From the IMG/VR virus record IMGVR_UViG_3300020045_012645, positions 36,022 through 100,021 of that record: a DNA stretch of 64,000 nucleotides. One strand, given 5' to 3'. The notes below the pieces were generated by a model. The model was not told the origin of the DNA. It made no database searches and worked only from the letters and a program-made list of their open reading frames with translations. The stretch comes from a virus. Of this stretch, positions 20,335 to 30,714 are shown one piece after another. The position numbers and the translations under genes were made by a program. Each line of letters begins with the position of its first letter. The first letter of the stretch is position 1.

Positions 20335-22736
20335 TCTAAGCTTCTATCTTCTACATCAATTTTAGCTTCAGGTGATTTACTTCTTAGATAATAGTTTGAT
20401 TTATTACCTAATTTCCAAGATAACATATAAATCTCATGTAGATCTTTACCTGTTACCTTAGATGGGTCAGCAAAAACATTTAGAGATTGACCTTGATCAA
20501 TCCATTTACCTCTAACTGCTGCAGCTCTAATAATATCTCTTTGATCTAATTCATAAGCTGGTTTATAGTATTGATATGTTTCTGAATTAAGATTTGGAAC
20601 AACAACTGGAATTAATCCTGATAAGTTTTCTTCAAACCATTTTCTTTTATAACAAGGTTCAATTGCTTGAGTTGTACCTACAAGAATAGAAATAGAACTT
20701 GTAGGAGCAATAGCCATTAAATAACCATTTCTGATACCAGTATTTTTAATTTTATGTCTTAATGCTTCCCAAAGAATATACATTGGATAATATTTTTTAA
20801 GTTTTGTAAGCATTAATGTTTCTTGATTTGCATGATCATGTGGCATAATACCTTTTGACCATTTAGAACCTTCAAAATCTGGATATGCACCTTTTTCAAT
20901 AGCTAAATCTGCAGAAGCATTAATAGTGTTGAATGAAATTAATTCCATAACATCATTTATTAATTCTAAATGTTCTTGAGAACCAAAGTATATTTGTTTT
21001 TCTGCAAGCATTTGATGTTCACCCATAACTCCAAGACCAACTGCTCTTGATTTTAAGTTTGTAGCTTTTACTTTTCGTAAAGGATAGAAATTTAAATCAA
21101 TAACATTATCAAGCATTCTAATAGCTATTGGAACAACTCTTTCAATGTCTTCTTTTGTGTTAATTCTTGAAAGATTTACAGATGCTAAGTTACAAACAGC
21201 TGTATCTCCGTCTATTTTTTCTTTTTCAACGCAGAATACTTTTGATGTTACATCTGGAGCTAAATTTTCAGATTTCTTTAACACTATAGTATCAAGAGAT
21301 GTAATTTTGTTAGCTTTTTTTGTTTTACTATTTTTTAGCAATACATCAACATTTTCTTCTGCTAATAGAAATTTATTTCCATTGTCAATCCAGATTTTAA
21401 TTAAATATTTATCTGGTTTTGTATTTTGGAAAATCTCAGTACAAAGGTTACTTGATCTAATATGTCCAACATGAGAGTTTGGATTAGCTCTATTTGCTGT
21501 ATCTTTGAAACATAAGAATGGAGAACCACTTTCAAAGTAACTTGTAAGAATTTTCTTCCATAAATCTTTTGCTTTAACTACTTCTTTTCTCAAAGAATCA
21601 TTTTTTTCAAAAGACTCATATTTTAATTTGAATTCATCTCCAAAACATTCAGATAATTCTTGTACTTCATATGGATCAAACAATGTCCACATTCCATCTT
21701 CTAAAACTCTTTCCATAAACAAGTCAGAAATCCAAAGTGCAGGAAATAAATCATGTGCTCTTCTTCTATCTTCACCAGAGTTCTTTTTCAAGTCTAAAAA
21801 GTCATTTATGTCTAAATGCCAAGGTTCAAGATAAACAGCTATGGCACCCTTTCTTGTCCCGATTTGGTCATAACCAATAGCAATATCGTTAACAATTTTT
21901 AACTGAGGAACAACTCCACCAGCTGCATTTTTATTGTTATCAATAACTCCACCCATAGCTCTTACTTGATTCCAATCTTGACCAACACCACCACCGAATT
22001 TAGATAACATACCAAATTCTTTAAACATACCAAAGATTCCTTCAATATTATCAGGAGTTGAACCAATATAACAAGAAGATAGTTGGTGTCTATTTGTTCT
22101 AGCATTCGATAAAGTCGGAGTTGCTAACATAACTTCAAATTTAGAAATTACATCATAAAACTCTTTTGCACATTGTTGTTTATTAACTTCATCTTGGGCT
22201 AAAAACATTGCTACACACATAAACATATGTTGAGGTAACTCAATAGTATTACCATTGTTATTTTTGATTAAATATCTATCATATAAAGTTTTTATACCTA
22301 AGTAGTTAAATAAGAAGTCTCTCTCTGGTTCTATGTATGCATTAAGATCTTCTAAATCGTATCCATCTGATAATGTTGGAAATAATTTTCCTTCATTAGT
22401 TGCATACTCAATATAGTCTTTAATGTGTCCATACGGAGTTCCTTTTGTGCTACCAAGAATTTTTCCTACAGTATGATATAAATCAAATAGAAAAAGTCTA
22501 GCACCAACAAAAGTCCAATTAGGAACATCTATATCAATTTTATCAACTGCAGTTTTAATTAATAGATGTTGAATATCAGCAGAACTCATACCATCTACAA
22601 ATTGAATATGTGCATCAACTTCTAATTCAGATTGAGAAACTCCATCTAAATCTTTAGTTGCAGGAATTGTCATTTTTTGAATTTTTACAATATTTAATTC
22701 TTCAAGAGAATTAGATCTTTTTTTAATTCTAATCAT
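20316..22736 (-). CDS. nrdA: Class Ia ribonucleotide reductase alpha subunit
   Basis: [40 protein letters not shown]-terminal CSGCQ. Confidence 0.97.
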   Translation of the reverse strand: MIRIKKRSNSLEELNIVKIQKMTIPATKDLDGVSQSELEVDAHIQFVDGMSSADIQHLLIKTAVDKIDIDVPNWTFVGARLFLFDLYHTVGKILGSTKGTPYGHIKDYIEYATNEGKLFPTLSDGYDLEDLNAYIEPERDFLFNYLGIKTLYDRYLIKNNNGNTIELPQHMFMCVAMFLAQDEVNKQQCAKEFYDVISKFEVMLATPTLSNARTNRHQLSSCYIGSTPDNIEGIFGMFKEFGMLSKFGGGVGQDWNQVRAMGGVIDNNKNAAGGVVPQLKIVNDIAIGYDQIGTRKGAIAVYLEPWHLDINDFLDLKKNSGEDRRRAHDLFPALWISDLFMERVLEDGMWTLFDPYEVQELSECFGDEFKLKYESFEKNDSLRKEVVKAKDLWKKILTSYFESGSPFLCFKDTANRANPNSHVGHIRSSNLCTEIFQNTKPDKYLIKIWIDNGNKFLLAEENVDVLLKNSKTKKANKITSLDTIVLKKSENLAPDVTSKVFCVEKEKIDGDTAVCNLASVNLSRINTKEDIERVVPIAIRMLDNVIDLNFYPLRKVKATNLKSRAVGLGVMGEHQMLAEKQIYFGSQEHLELINDVMELISFNTINASADLAIEKGAYPDFEGSKWSKGIMPHDHANQETLMLTKLKKYYPMYILWEALRHKIKNTGIRNGYLMAIAPTSSISILVGTTQAIEPCYKRKWFEENLSGLIPVVVPNLNSETYQYYKPAYELDQRDIIRAAAVRGKWIDQGQSLNVFADPSKVTGKDLHEIYMLSWKLGNKSNYYLRSKSPEAKIDVEDRSLECSGCQ

Positions 22737-23302
22737 TTAATTTCTCCTGCAGAAACAATTCCCCAGTCTTCCGCCAAAATATCTGTCTGTGATGCTAACC
22801 AACCAGTAACTATAGAGCCAGTTGCAGATTTCATATTTATATTAGGCAATCTAGTGATAGTTCCAGTATCACCATTTTCAAATAATGAAGCTTCAATTCC
22901 ATCTATGTGTGTAAAATTTAGATCATTTTCTGAATCTTTTGAAACACTACCTTTATTTAAATAAATAAACATACCTTTTCCATTCCATCCCCATCTAGAT
23001 ACGCAATGTCCAAGTTTTAAAGCTTCAACTGCCATTCCAAATGGAAAGTTTCCAGTTTCTCTAAATTCTAAAAATACTTGTTCTTTTGTAGACCAAGAAA
23101 TATATCCTTCAGCGAAATCAGTATTTGGTTTTGCATTTGTAAGATTTTCAATCATGAAACCTTCGTCGTCACCATTTTCATCAGATGGCAAATCCCAATT
23201 TCTAAGACTATTATATTCAAGTCTTGTCATTGGATATGCAACAACGAACTTAGAACCAAACAATGTTAATGTTTGTAATGTTTTAAGTTTCTCTTTGTTC
23301 AT
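22733..23302 (-). CDS. DUF2829 (Tad2-like) domain protein with an extra N-terminal domain
   Basis: FGMAVEALKLG..VSRWGWNGKGMF...GWLASQTDILAEDW. Confidence 0.8.
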   Translation of the reverse strand: MNKEKLKTLQTLTLFGSKFVVAYPMTRLEYNSLRNWDLPSDENGDDEGFMIENLTNAKPNTDFAEGYISWSTKEQVFLEFRETGNFPFGMAVEALKLGHCVSRWGWNGKGMFIYLNKGSVSKDSENDLNFTHIDGIEASLFENGDTGTITRLPNINMKSATGSIVTGWLASQTDILAEDWGIVSAGEIK

Positions 23303-23305
23303 AGC

Positions 23306-23584
23306 TTATTTACCAGCTACAAAGTCTTTTAAAAGCTTGCCAGCTTTAAATTTAGCAACAGTTTTTGCTTCAACATTAACAGTTCTATCAGTACCAGGTA
23401 CAGTTGCTGTTCTAGCAGATCTTTCAGCAGTTGCGAATGTTCCAAATCCAACTAAAGCAACTTGCTCTTTTCTTGCTAATGTTTCTGTAATTGTTTCTAA
23501 TGTTGCATCTAATGCAGCTTTTGAATCTTTTTTTGTTAATCCTGATTTAGATGCGATTGCATCAATTAATTCATTTTTATTCAT
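23306..23584 (-). CDS. hup: HU family DNA-binding protein
   Basis: MNKNELIDAIA...VALVGFGTF...R..KFKAGKLLKD. Confidence 0.93.
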   Translation of the reverse strand: MNKNELIDAIASKSGLTKKDSKAALDATLETITETLARKEQVALVGFGTFATAERSARTATVPGTDRTVNVEAKTVAKFKAGKLLKDFVAGK

Positions 23585-23703
23585 AGTTGTTTCCTTGAAA
23601 TTTTATTTATAGGATTTATTGCACATATCCGTCTTATATACCTATTGATACAAGTGGTGGTGGGGAGAAAGTCCACATACCCCAATATGCACTACAATTT
23701 ACT

Positions 23704-23889
23704 TTATACTAGTTCAGCTACACAAGCTTCAAATTCTCTATCAAAACATTTTGCATTAGTTGGCATTCCATCTTTTTCAAGAATTTTTTCTGCTTTTTCA
23801 AGTGCTTCTTCTTCTGATTTCGCATCTACATAAAAATATGCATGTACTGTTTCATAACAAGAAACTTTGTATTTTTTTTCTTCAGGCAT
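23704..23889 (-). CDS. Small hypothetical protein
   Basis: YKV...VDAKSEEEALEKA pattern common in small phage proteins; AAGGA RBS. Confidence 0.6.
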   Translation of the reverse strand: MPEEKKYKVSCYETVHAYFYVDAKSEEEALEKAEKILEKDGMPTNAKCFDREFEACVAELV

Positions 23890-23965
23890 TTTCTTCCTTT
23901 AGTTTGTGATTTATATACCAGTAGCCAATTAGCGCAGACACTAGTTATTTAATGTATTATATAAA

Positions 23966-24760
23966 CTAATACATTTTTTCTCTAATGTCTGTTCTTTCTT
24001 TTGTATTTGGTAGACATTTATTTATAATTAACTTTTTTCTTGCTTCTACTGCTTCTTGTATTGTTTCAAAATTTCCTTCGTAGTATCTTATCTTTTTAAA
24101 TACTACTTCGTAATAGAATTTTTTACCATTTGGATATACTCCAATTTCATTTGTTCTTGTAGTTTTTCTTCCATATCTCTTATTTGCTGCTTGAATATTT
24201 TTATTTGTCCATCTGCAGTTTTTTGGAGAATATCCAAGATTGTTGTTTTCTCTATCTATTGATAAATCTAAATTTTCTACGTATCCATTTTCAATTGACC
24301 ATTTTCTAAAAAGATTAAAATCATTCCATTCTTCACATACCGATATTCCTCTTGCTCCATAATTCTTGTAGCCTTTGTTTGTTTTACAATTGCATCTTGA
24401 TCTTATTGCTTCCCATATCATGTATAATTTTGGAGTATCTTTTTTTCCATTTGATTTTATTCCAGCTCTACATAAACATCCAGTTTGTTTTCCTGTTGTA
24501 ATGTCTCCTACTCTTGCTTCAAATTCTTTTCCACAGTAGTTGCAAAGAAATAATGCAGTTCTTTTTTGATAATTATTAAATAATTTATATCCTAAATCTT
24601 TTAAAACTTTTATTCCATTTATTTCGTCACTTAATAATGTAGTTGAACTACAACTTCTACATTTATTATGTCCTCTTTCTCTGAATTGTCTATTTTTTTG
24701 TTTTGTTGTTGTTTCTCTAGATTCACCACAAGATTCGCATGCAACATAAATTTTTTTCAT
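23966..24760 (-). CDS. Free-standing HNH-type homing endonuclease with Zn-ribbon N-terminus and AP2-like C-terminus
   Basis: LYMIWEAIRSRC..YKNYGARGISVCEEW...SIDRENNNLGYSPKNCRW; GVY...G.F.T.QEA..AR tail; own TATAAT promoter near 24795-24820. Confidence 0.8.
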   Translation of the reverse strand: MKKIYVACESCGESRETTTKQKNRQFRERGHNKCRSCSSTTLLSDEINGIKVLKDLGYKLFNNYQKRTALFLCNYCGKEFEARVGDITTGKQTGCLCRAGIKSNGKKDTPKLYMIWEAIRSRCNCKTNKGYKNYGARGISVCEEWNDFNLFRKWSIENGYVENLDLSIDRENNNLGYSPKNCRWTNKNIQAANKRYGRKTTRTNEIGVYPNGKKFYYEVVFKKIRYYEGNFETIQEAVEARKKLIINKCLPNTKERTDIREKMY

Positions 24761-24861
24761 ATTATATATTCCTTTTTTTTCATCAATAGTATTATATAAT
24801 TATAATTATTAATTTAAGCTTTATGTGTCCGTCTAGTTAAGTGCACTTTTTATATGGGAAA

Positions 24862-25445
24862 TTACATGGTTTTATTATTTATAAACCAATACCCTATTAA
24901 AAAGATTCAGCAGGTCCATCCTTTAGAGCACCTCTAATAGTCCTAAATGATTTTCCTGATATTTGTTCTGCATATTTTACACATTGTTCTTTATCTTTTG
25001 TCAAATCTAAATCTTTTTTCCATTTATGTGGTGGAACTGTAAAAATATTAAGTCCGCAAAGTTCTGCTACTGCCAATAATTTACCAAAATTTTGGTTAGT
25101 TGTTGAAGTAGAACTTGCTGAATTTCCAAATGACATAGCTGGAGATTCTAAAATAATAGCCACTTTCTCTGGTTCTAAAAATGTAAAAAATGTTCTTATA
25201 TTATTTAGAGCCAGATTTATTTCGTATTTTGCAGCTGATATTTGAACTTTTTTTGCTTCACCTTTGTTTGGACCAGACTTTATAAATTGTTTTTTACCAT
25301 TAAGTAAATCTAACTTATATCGTGCTGGTTTTGTTTCAACTTTTTTTATAGGCATTTCTATGCACTCTAGTAACTTACCATTTTGAAAAATAGATAGTCC
25401 ACCAGATAATCCAGGATCTACTGAAACAACTGTATTAAATTTCAT
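24862..25445 (-). CDS. RuvC-like Holliday junction resolvase (apparent 1-nt homopolymer frameshift near 24899-24903)
   Basis: VSVDPGLSGG, ILESP, PHKWKK, DGPAES; one extra T restores the ending DGPAESFLIGYWFINNKTM. Confidence 0.8.
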
Positions 25446-25455
25446 AGTATTACTA

Positions 25456-26130
25456 CTAGAAATTTAATTTTTCAGCAGCAGCTTTTGTTTCTTCAGATGA
25501 TGCAGAAGTTGATGCAGCATTAGCATCTTTTTTTACATAACCTTTGTATGTAAAGATTCCATCTTTGTTTTTTTCAACTTTTGCTTGGAATTTTTCAATA
25601 TCTTCATTTCCAGCGTGAGTTACACCTTCGATGTCATTTGAATCTCTGTATGCTTCACCTTCTGCTTTGTTTGAATCTTGTGAATGTCTAATTAAAGCTT
25701 TAACTGATTTGTCATTTAATCCTAATAAGAATACACCTTTACATTCAGCACCAAATGAGCTAACTTTAGTTTCAGCACCTTGTTTGATGTTTTCCATAGC
25801 AACATTTGCAGCAACAGATAATGATTTTAATCTAGCAACGAAACCTTCATTGATTTTACCTGGTTTGTCTGCAGCTTTTTCTTCATCTGTTTGTTTTAAG
25901 TTTTTACCAATATCATCTCTAAATGATAAAGTTCTTTCTTGGTCATTATGTTTTACAGAAATATTTACTTTTAACATTTCTCCACCAAATTTGTTTGTGT
26001 AAAGAATTACTTCTTTAATTTTTGCATCATATACTCCTGAAGGCATTACTTCGAATGCTTCTGCTACTGTTGATGACTTTGCTGCATCGAATGTTTCTTG
26101 ACTAATTCCTAATGATTCTAAAATACTCAT
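25456..26130 (-). CDS. Putative ssDNA-binding protein (DUF669-like)
   Basis: FEVMPSGVYDAKIKEV N-terminal pattern, low-complexity tail ending in F, close to a Sak4-like ATPase. Confidence 0.55.
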   Translation of the reverse strand: MSILESLGISQETFDAAKSSTVAEAFEVMPSGVYDAKIKEVILYTNKFGGEMLKVNISVKHNDQERTLSFRDDIGKNLKQTDEEKAADKPGKINEGFVARLKSLSVAANVAMENIKQGAETKVSSFGAECKGVFLLGLNDKSVKALIRHSQDSNKAEGEAYRDSNDIEGVTHAGNEDIEKFQAKVEKNKDGIFTYKGYVKKDANAASTSASSEETKAAAEKLNF

Positions 26131-26253
26131 TTTGTTTTTCCCTTAAATTTTAATTGGATTTTTGTTGAATTCTAATATGTAGTACCAGCTAATTTCTGGT
26201 ACTCTTGATTAAAAAAGGACTATAATTGTATCTGTAATTAACTTTTATATTTG

Positions 26254-26475
26254 TTACTTAGCTTCTTCTTCGTAACTAATTGCTTCACCACAACAACCTA
26301 TATCTACAGGCGCTTCTTGTACATTTTGCAATGCTGGCTCATCTGTTAAATCAACAGTTACTTCGATTCCATTTTTTTTATTTGCAATTGTTAATTCTTC
26401 ATTTTGGTTAAACTTTTGTTCTGCCCAAGCTTTTACAATTTCAGATAATTCTTGATTGTTTAATACTATTTTCAA
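26254..26475 (-). CDS. Hypothetical protein
   Basis: 73-aa ORF with AAGGA RBS. Confidence 0.55.
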   Translation of the reverse strand: MKIVLNNQELSEIVKAWAEQKFNQNEELTIANKKNGIEVTVDLTDEPALQNVQEAPVDIGCCGEAISYEEEAK

Positions 26476-26487
26476 ATTTTTTCCTTA

Positions 26488-27144
26488 TTATTTTATTCCG
26501 TAGTATGAGCAAATTGCATCATCTACTATTTTTAAATCGTTATCTATATACTCATCTTTTATCATATCTTCTGGTGTTTTATAAAAATCACGACCAGATG
26601 ATTGTGTCTTAAATTTATATCCATCTTTAGTTTTTATTGCTCTAATCGAAACAGTAAGTAACGATGGAATATCAATTTTTTCTGTAATAAATTTACCACC
26701 TACTACTTTAATTATTTCATCTCCATTTGCATCCAAATCAATATGGTTCACTATATAAACTCTTACATCATCAGGAAGTGATTGTGCTGTCATAAGAAGA
26801 TTATAATAGTTTAATGCACTATTCATAAATTTCTCATAGCCTTTTTCTTTTGCTGTGTCCATTGTTTCTTTAAGAAGTAAGTGAGTTGAATCATCTATGA
26901 TTACAATTTTTTTACCATATTCTGGTAACCTTGACAGAACTGCATTGATTGTTGCATAATCTGTTGAATATATATAGTGTCCAGTTTTTGTTTCTGAATC
27001 CCATGCTTTTAATTCTCCTGCTCCAGGAAAAGAAAATGGTTTTCTATTTGGTCTTATTATAAATGTTTCATCCCAATTTAAGTTCTTAAAAGATCTTGTT
27101 TTTCCAGAACCAGATGGTCCAGCAATACTTGTTAAAATACTCAT
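26488..27144 (-). CDS. Sak4/AAA_24-like ATPase (ssDNA-annealing recombinase family)
   Basis: IAGPSGSGKT, IVIIDD, VYIVNH, KTPEDM...IDNDL. Confidence 0.75.
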   Translation of the reverse strand: MSILTSIAGPSGSGKTRSFKNLNWDETFIIRPNRKPFSFPGAGELKAWDSETKTGHYIYSTDYATINAVLSRLPEYGKKIVIIDDSTHLLLKETMDTAKEKGYEKFMNSALNYYNLLMTAQSLPDDVRVYIVNHIDLDANGDEIIKVVGGKFITEKIDIPSLLTVSIRAIKTKDGYKFKTQSSGRDFYKTPEDMIKDEYIDNDLKIVDDAICSYYGIK

Positions 27145-27468
27145 ATGCGTATTTCCTTTTTTTATATAAAATCATAGGACTTACAAATTAGCTGGTACTC
27201 TTGAATAAGTACTTATTTGTGCCAATAATGCCAAGATGTTATATTAATCGTTCAGTTATTTCAGATATATAATTTAATAAATTCTCTGGTATTATATGAA
27301 TAAAATTATTGTTTTCAACATTTTTTATTTCATATTTTGTGATAATACTGCTATCAAATGGATAATCTCTTATTGGACTAATAATAAACTTATTAAAATT
27401 TTTTTGTTTTGGAATATCTATTCCATTTAATTTTATAATTGTTTCAAATATGTCTTGTTTATTCATAG

Positions 27469-29556
27469 TTATTTTCTTTGTACTGATCTTATTATTGTTT
27501 GCATATCTGAATCTGATATAGAAGATGATAGGCATGAATTTGCTTGTAATAGCCAGCTTTGCCAATCTTGTTCTTGTATTTCTTTTTTAAGCAATACTCC
27601 AAGAGAATATAGATTGTCGTTTCTGTTTCCATTTGATGTATTTGCCAAAAACCATCTCACTGCTGCATCAACTCTTACTGAAGCAGGAGCTGATCCACTA
27701 GATCTTTCATATTTTGTTACAGATGATGTTGCGTCTTGATGTTCTGAACTATCTGGAATAAATGTTCGAATATCTAAAAGACTTCCTTCATTGTACCAAT
27801 GTTCTCCATCTGGATTACCATAATACCATCTTGAAGCGTTTCTACATTTTTTGTCTGCTTCTTCTATTCCAAGTGAACTAATAACATTCATATATGTATC
27901 TGAATATGTCTTGTAGTCTAAGTGGAATGTTGCAACAGTTGGAAGTATTATTCTGAATCTATCACAAGTTACCATTTCGTTTTTAACTTTTTTAGGTTTT
28001 TGATGACTTCTTGTTGTTGTAATTAGATATGTCATAGATGAGAATAGTTTTTTTGCATCTTCAAGAGTTAGATCATTATCAACATCTATTATGAATAAAT
28101 TTTGTTCTTGAAGATAATTTTCATCATTGATATATTCGTTTCTGAAAGTACCAGCTGAATATCTGAACTCTGAATTTACTATTTTGTATAAACCTTTAAA
28201 TGTACCACATTGTCTACCGAATCCTTCTGGTTGCGTTCTATCTGGATTTGTATTAACTGATATTAATATTTTTTCTAGATTTGTTTCTGATAGTTTTTCT
28301 ATCTTGTATTTAACAATACCATTGTATTCTTTCTTGATTAGAGAGTTTCCAATTATATTTGCATGTTCTTCTACTAGAATCATTTGTGAATCTAATTCTT
28401 TTAGAGTTACATCTTTTACAGCTTTGACTAAGTCTGTTCTAGCAGCATATGATCTTTTTTCAATTTCATTATATAATCTCATATAGACTGGTTTTATTTC
28501 AATAGTTTCTTCTGCTGTTTTATCTAGAGCTTCTGTGAATTCTATTGCAAATTTTAGATGTTCTTCATTAATCGTATCTTCTAGATCTAGACATGCAATT
28601 ATTCCTAAAAGTTTTTCAATCTTTTTTGGTGAACCTAAGTCTTCTGCTATAAGAGAATTTGATCTTTCTCTTTCTATTTCTTTTTGTGCATCATATTCAA
28701 GTAGTAATTCTCTAATTTCTTGAGGATATTTTATTGTTTGAGTATTATTCAAAAAGAATCTTAATTCAGCTGTGTATTTATCTAATTGATCATAGAATTC
28801 TTGATCTAATTTTTCGAATTCATAGTTTCTATTTTCTGATTTTTTATATGTATTGTTATGGTATATAAATGATCTACGAGCCATTCCTGATACATATATC
28901 TCTAGTAGTCTATCTTTCTTCTTTGAATCTAATTCGAATGGACCTGGTGCTCCGAATAACAATGAATTGAAACATACATCTTCAACCAAGAAATATGATT
29001 CTCCACCATTTGTTACATTCATTGGACCTTCAGAAGTACCAGTGTCCCATGTTGATTTTAGCTTAGTAAATATTTCAGACATAGACATAATTGAATCTCC
29101 AAGTTCGTCTGACACAACATTTACTCCTCCTGCTCCCATGTCTTTAACTGTTTGAGCTGCTTTTTGTAAAGCTTGCCAAGTTGATGATACTGGAACAAAG
29201 TATGAAGATAAGTTTAAATATCTTTGATCTGGCTTCCCTTCTTTGTCTTTGTTTGATTCATAAAATCCTGAAGATACTCTTTCAAATTTTTGATTCATTT
29301 CTCTATATATTGATTTTGCAATATTATCGCTATGGTTCTTGCCAATACCTGAATTTCCAAATGTTATACCAAAATAATTAGGAATAATTATCTTGTCTTT
29401 GTTGTTTGTTTTCCTTACGATTCTTATATTTTTTAGTGCCATAGCTGATGCCGTATTAAAGAATAATGCACTAAAGAACATTTCTTTTAATAGGATATAT
29501 TCTGAATTGTCAAGTGCATATTTGTACAATATATTTATATTTTCTATATTTTTCAA
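27469..29556 (-). CDS. Helicase-primase fusion (N-terminal P-loop domain, C-terminal AEP-like primase with PriCT-like tail)
   Basis: GNSGIGKN and VVSDELG in the N-half; FIIDVDN, TTRSH, RFRIILP, GNRNDNL in the C-half. Confidence 0.7.
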   Translation of the reverse strand: MKNIENINILYKYALDNSEYILLKEMFFSALFFNTASAMALKNIRIVRKTNNKDKIIIPNYFGITFGNSGIGKNHSDNIAKSIYREMNQKFERVSSGFYESNKDKEGKPDQRYLNLSSYFVPVSSTWQALQKAAQTVKDMGAGGVNVVSDELGDSIMSMSEIFTKLKSTWDTGTSEGPMNVTNGGESYFLVEDVCFNSLLFGAPGPFELDSKKKDRLLEIYVSGMARRSFIYHNNTYKKSENRNYEFEKLDQEFYDQLDKYTAELRFFLNNTQTIKYPQEIRELLLEYDAQKEIERERSNSLIAEDLGSPKKIEKLLGIIACLDLEDTINEEHLKFAIEFTEALDKTAEETIEIKPVYMRLYNEIEKRSYAARTDLVKAVKDVTLKELDSQMILVEEHANIIGNSLIKKEYNGIVKYKIEKLSETNLEKILISVNTNPDRTQPEGFGRQCGTFKGLYKIVNSEFRYSAGTFRNEYINDENYLQEQNLFIIDVDNDLTLEDAKKLFSSMTYLITTTRSHQKPKKVKNEMVTCDRFRIILPTVATFHLDYKTYSDTYMNVISSLGIEEADKKCRNASRWYYGNPDGEHWYNEGSLLDIRTFIPDSSEHQDATSSVTKYERSSGSAPASVRVDAAVRWFLANTSNGNRNDNLYSLGVLLKKEIQEQDWQSWLLQANSCLSSSISDSDMQTIIRSVQRK

Positions 29557-29722
29557 TTGTTTGCTCCTTTATTTAAATATTAAATTAACTAATTTTTTTG
29601 CTAAATAGTTTGATGATGTTTTTGCTAAATCATGTGCTAATGTTTTTTCATCTGAATGTCTTTGGTATGTAGTGCCAGAGTATTTTGGTTTAAATGCTTT
29701 TTTAATTAGATATGGATTTATC

Positions 29723-29932
29723 TTAACATTCTTCATAGTTTTTATCTACATTCAATAACTCTTGTTCTTCTTCATGTCTATTTAATGAAATATGTTGAAT
29801 TTCAATTGCATCTTTTGGTTCTAATGTTTCAAGAATATTTCTTGCATCAGTTTCACTATTTGCTTTTACTTCGTATATTTCTATTTGTTTTATAACTATA
29901 TCTACTTCTTTTTGAAATCTATAAACACTCAT
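29723..29932 (-). CDS. Hypothetical protein
   Basis: 69-aa ORF; YEVKANSETDA resembles the 23704 ORF. Confidence 0.55.
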   Translation of the reverse strand: MSVYRFQKEVDIVIKQIEIYEVKANSETDARNILETLEPKDAIEIQHISLNRHEEEQELLNVDKNYEEC

Positions 29933-30200
29933 TTTGTTCCTTTAAATGTATTTTTATACTTTTTGATTTGAACAATTTTGTTGCTAATCTTATTTGAGCA
30001 AGTTCATCTGGCTCTACTTTTGATTCCATAAAATCTTTTAGTTCTTTAGATGTTAATGAAGCTTGTTTTACTAATATATTATCATGAAACATGTCAGCAT
30101 TAAATTCCTTATTCACATCTGGTACCAGAGATATTTGTATTGATTTGTTCATTTTAAAATTGTTTATTAAATTTGAATTCTCTTTGTTTATTTTTTTCAA
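29919..30200 (-). CDS. Hypothetical protein
   Basis: ORF in operon; true start probably MNKSIQ. Confidence 0.5.
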   Translation of the reverse strand: MKKINKENSNLINNFKMNKSIQISLVPDVNKEFNADMFHDNILVKQASLTSKELKDFMESKVEPDELAQIRLATKLFKSKSIKIHLKEQNECL

Positions 30201-30522
30201 GTTTCCATTTTATTTGAGAATCTATATCAATATCTAATTCTCCAACTATATCTAATAATCTTATTATTGAATCTGCAATCTCATCTACAAAACTATCTTT
30301 TTTATAAAGACCATGTCCTTCTGCTTCATAGTTTTCTTTTCTCATTGCTTCTGTCATTTCACTAATTTCTGTATGAACTAATGATATTTTTTGAGATATA
30401 AAAGCATCTTTTGTTGCTTTTTTAATTTCTCCATCTAAAAATGATATAGAAGAGTCCATATCATTCCAGAATCCTTTTTCTCTAACATCTTTGTTTATTT
30501 CTTTTGATAATTCATTTAACAT
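30154..30522 (-). CDS. MazG-like NTP pyrophosphatase
   Basis: LVHTEISEMTEAMRK...DEIADSIIRLLD...KLEKNKQR. Confidence 0.8.
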   Translation of the reverse strand: MLNELSKEINKDVREKGFWNDMDSSISFLDGEIKKATKDAFISQKISLVHTEISEMTEAMRKENYEAEGHGLYKKDSFVDEIADSIIRLLDIVGELDIDIDSQIKWKLEKNKQREFKFNKQF

Positions 30523-30714
30523 TTTTTTTCCTTATTTTTTATATTTTATTTCCATTTTTACATAGTCTATTGTTGTAATTTTTAGATTATGTAGTTTTAA
30601 AACTTCTTTTATTGTTTCTTTTGTTCCAAAGTATCCACCTATAATATCACAATAAAATACATTTGTTTTTAAATTTTCATTTAATTTAGATATTGTAATC
30701 ACCTACTCTGGCTC

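Noticed and set aside
21200-21430. Insertion in NrdA between NLCTEI and CNLAS as a mini-intein
   Set aside because: No Cys/Ser start or HN end; it looks like a lineage-specific loop.
23890-24900. Group I intron splitting the resolvase, with the HNH gene inside
   Set aside because: The missing resolvase tail lies immediately after the stop in another frame, and the HNH gene has its own promoter, so it is free-standing.
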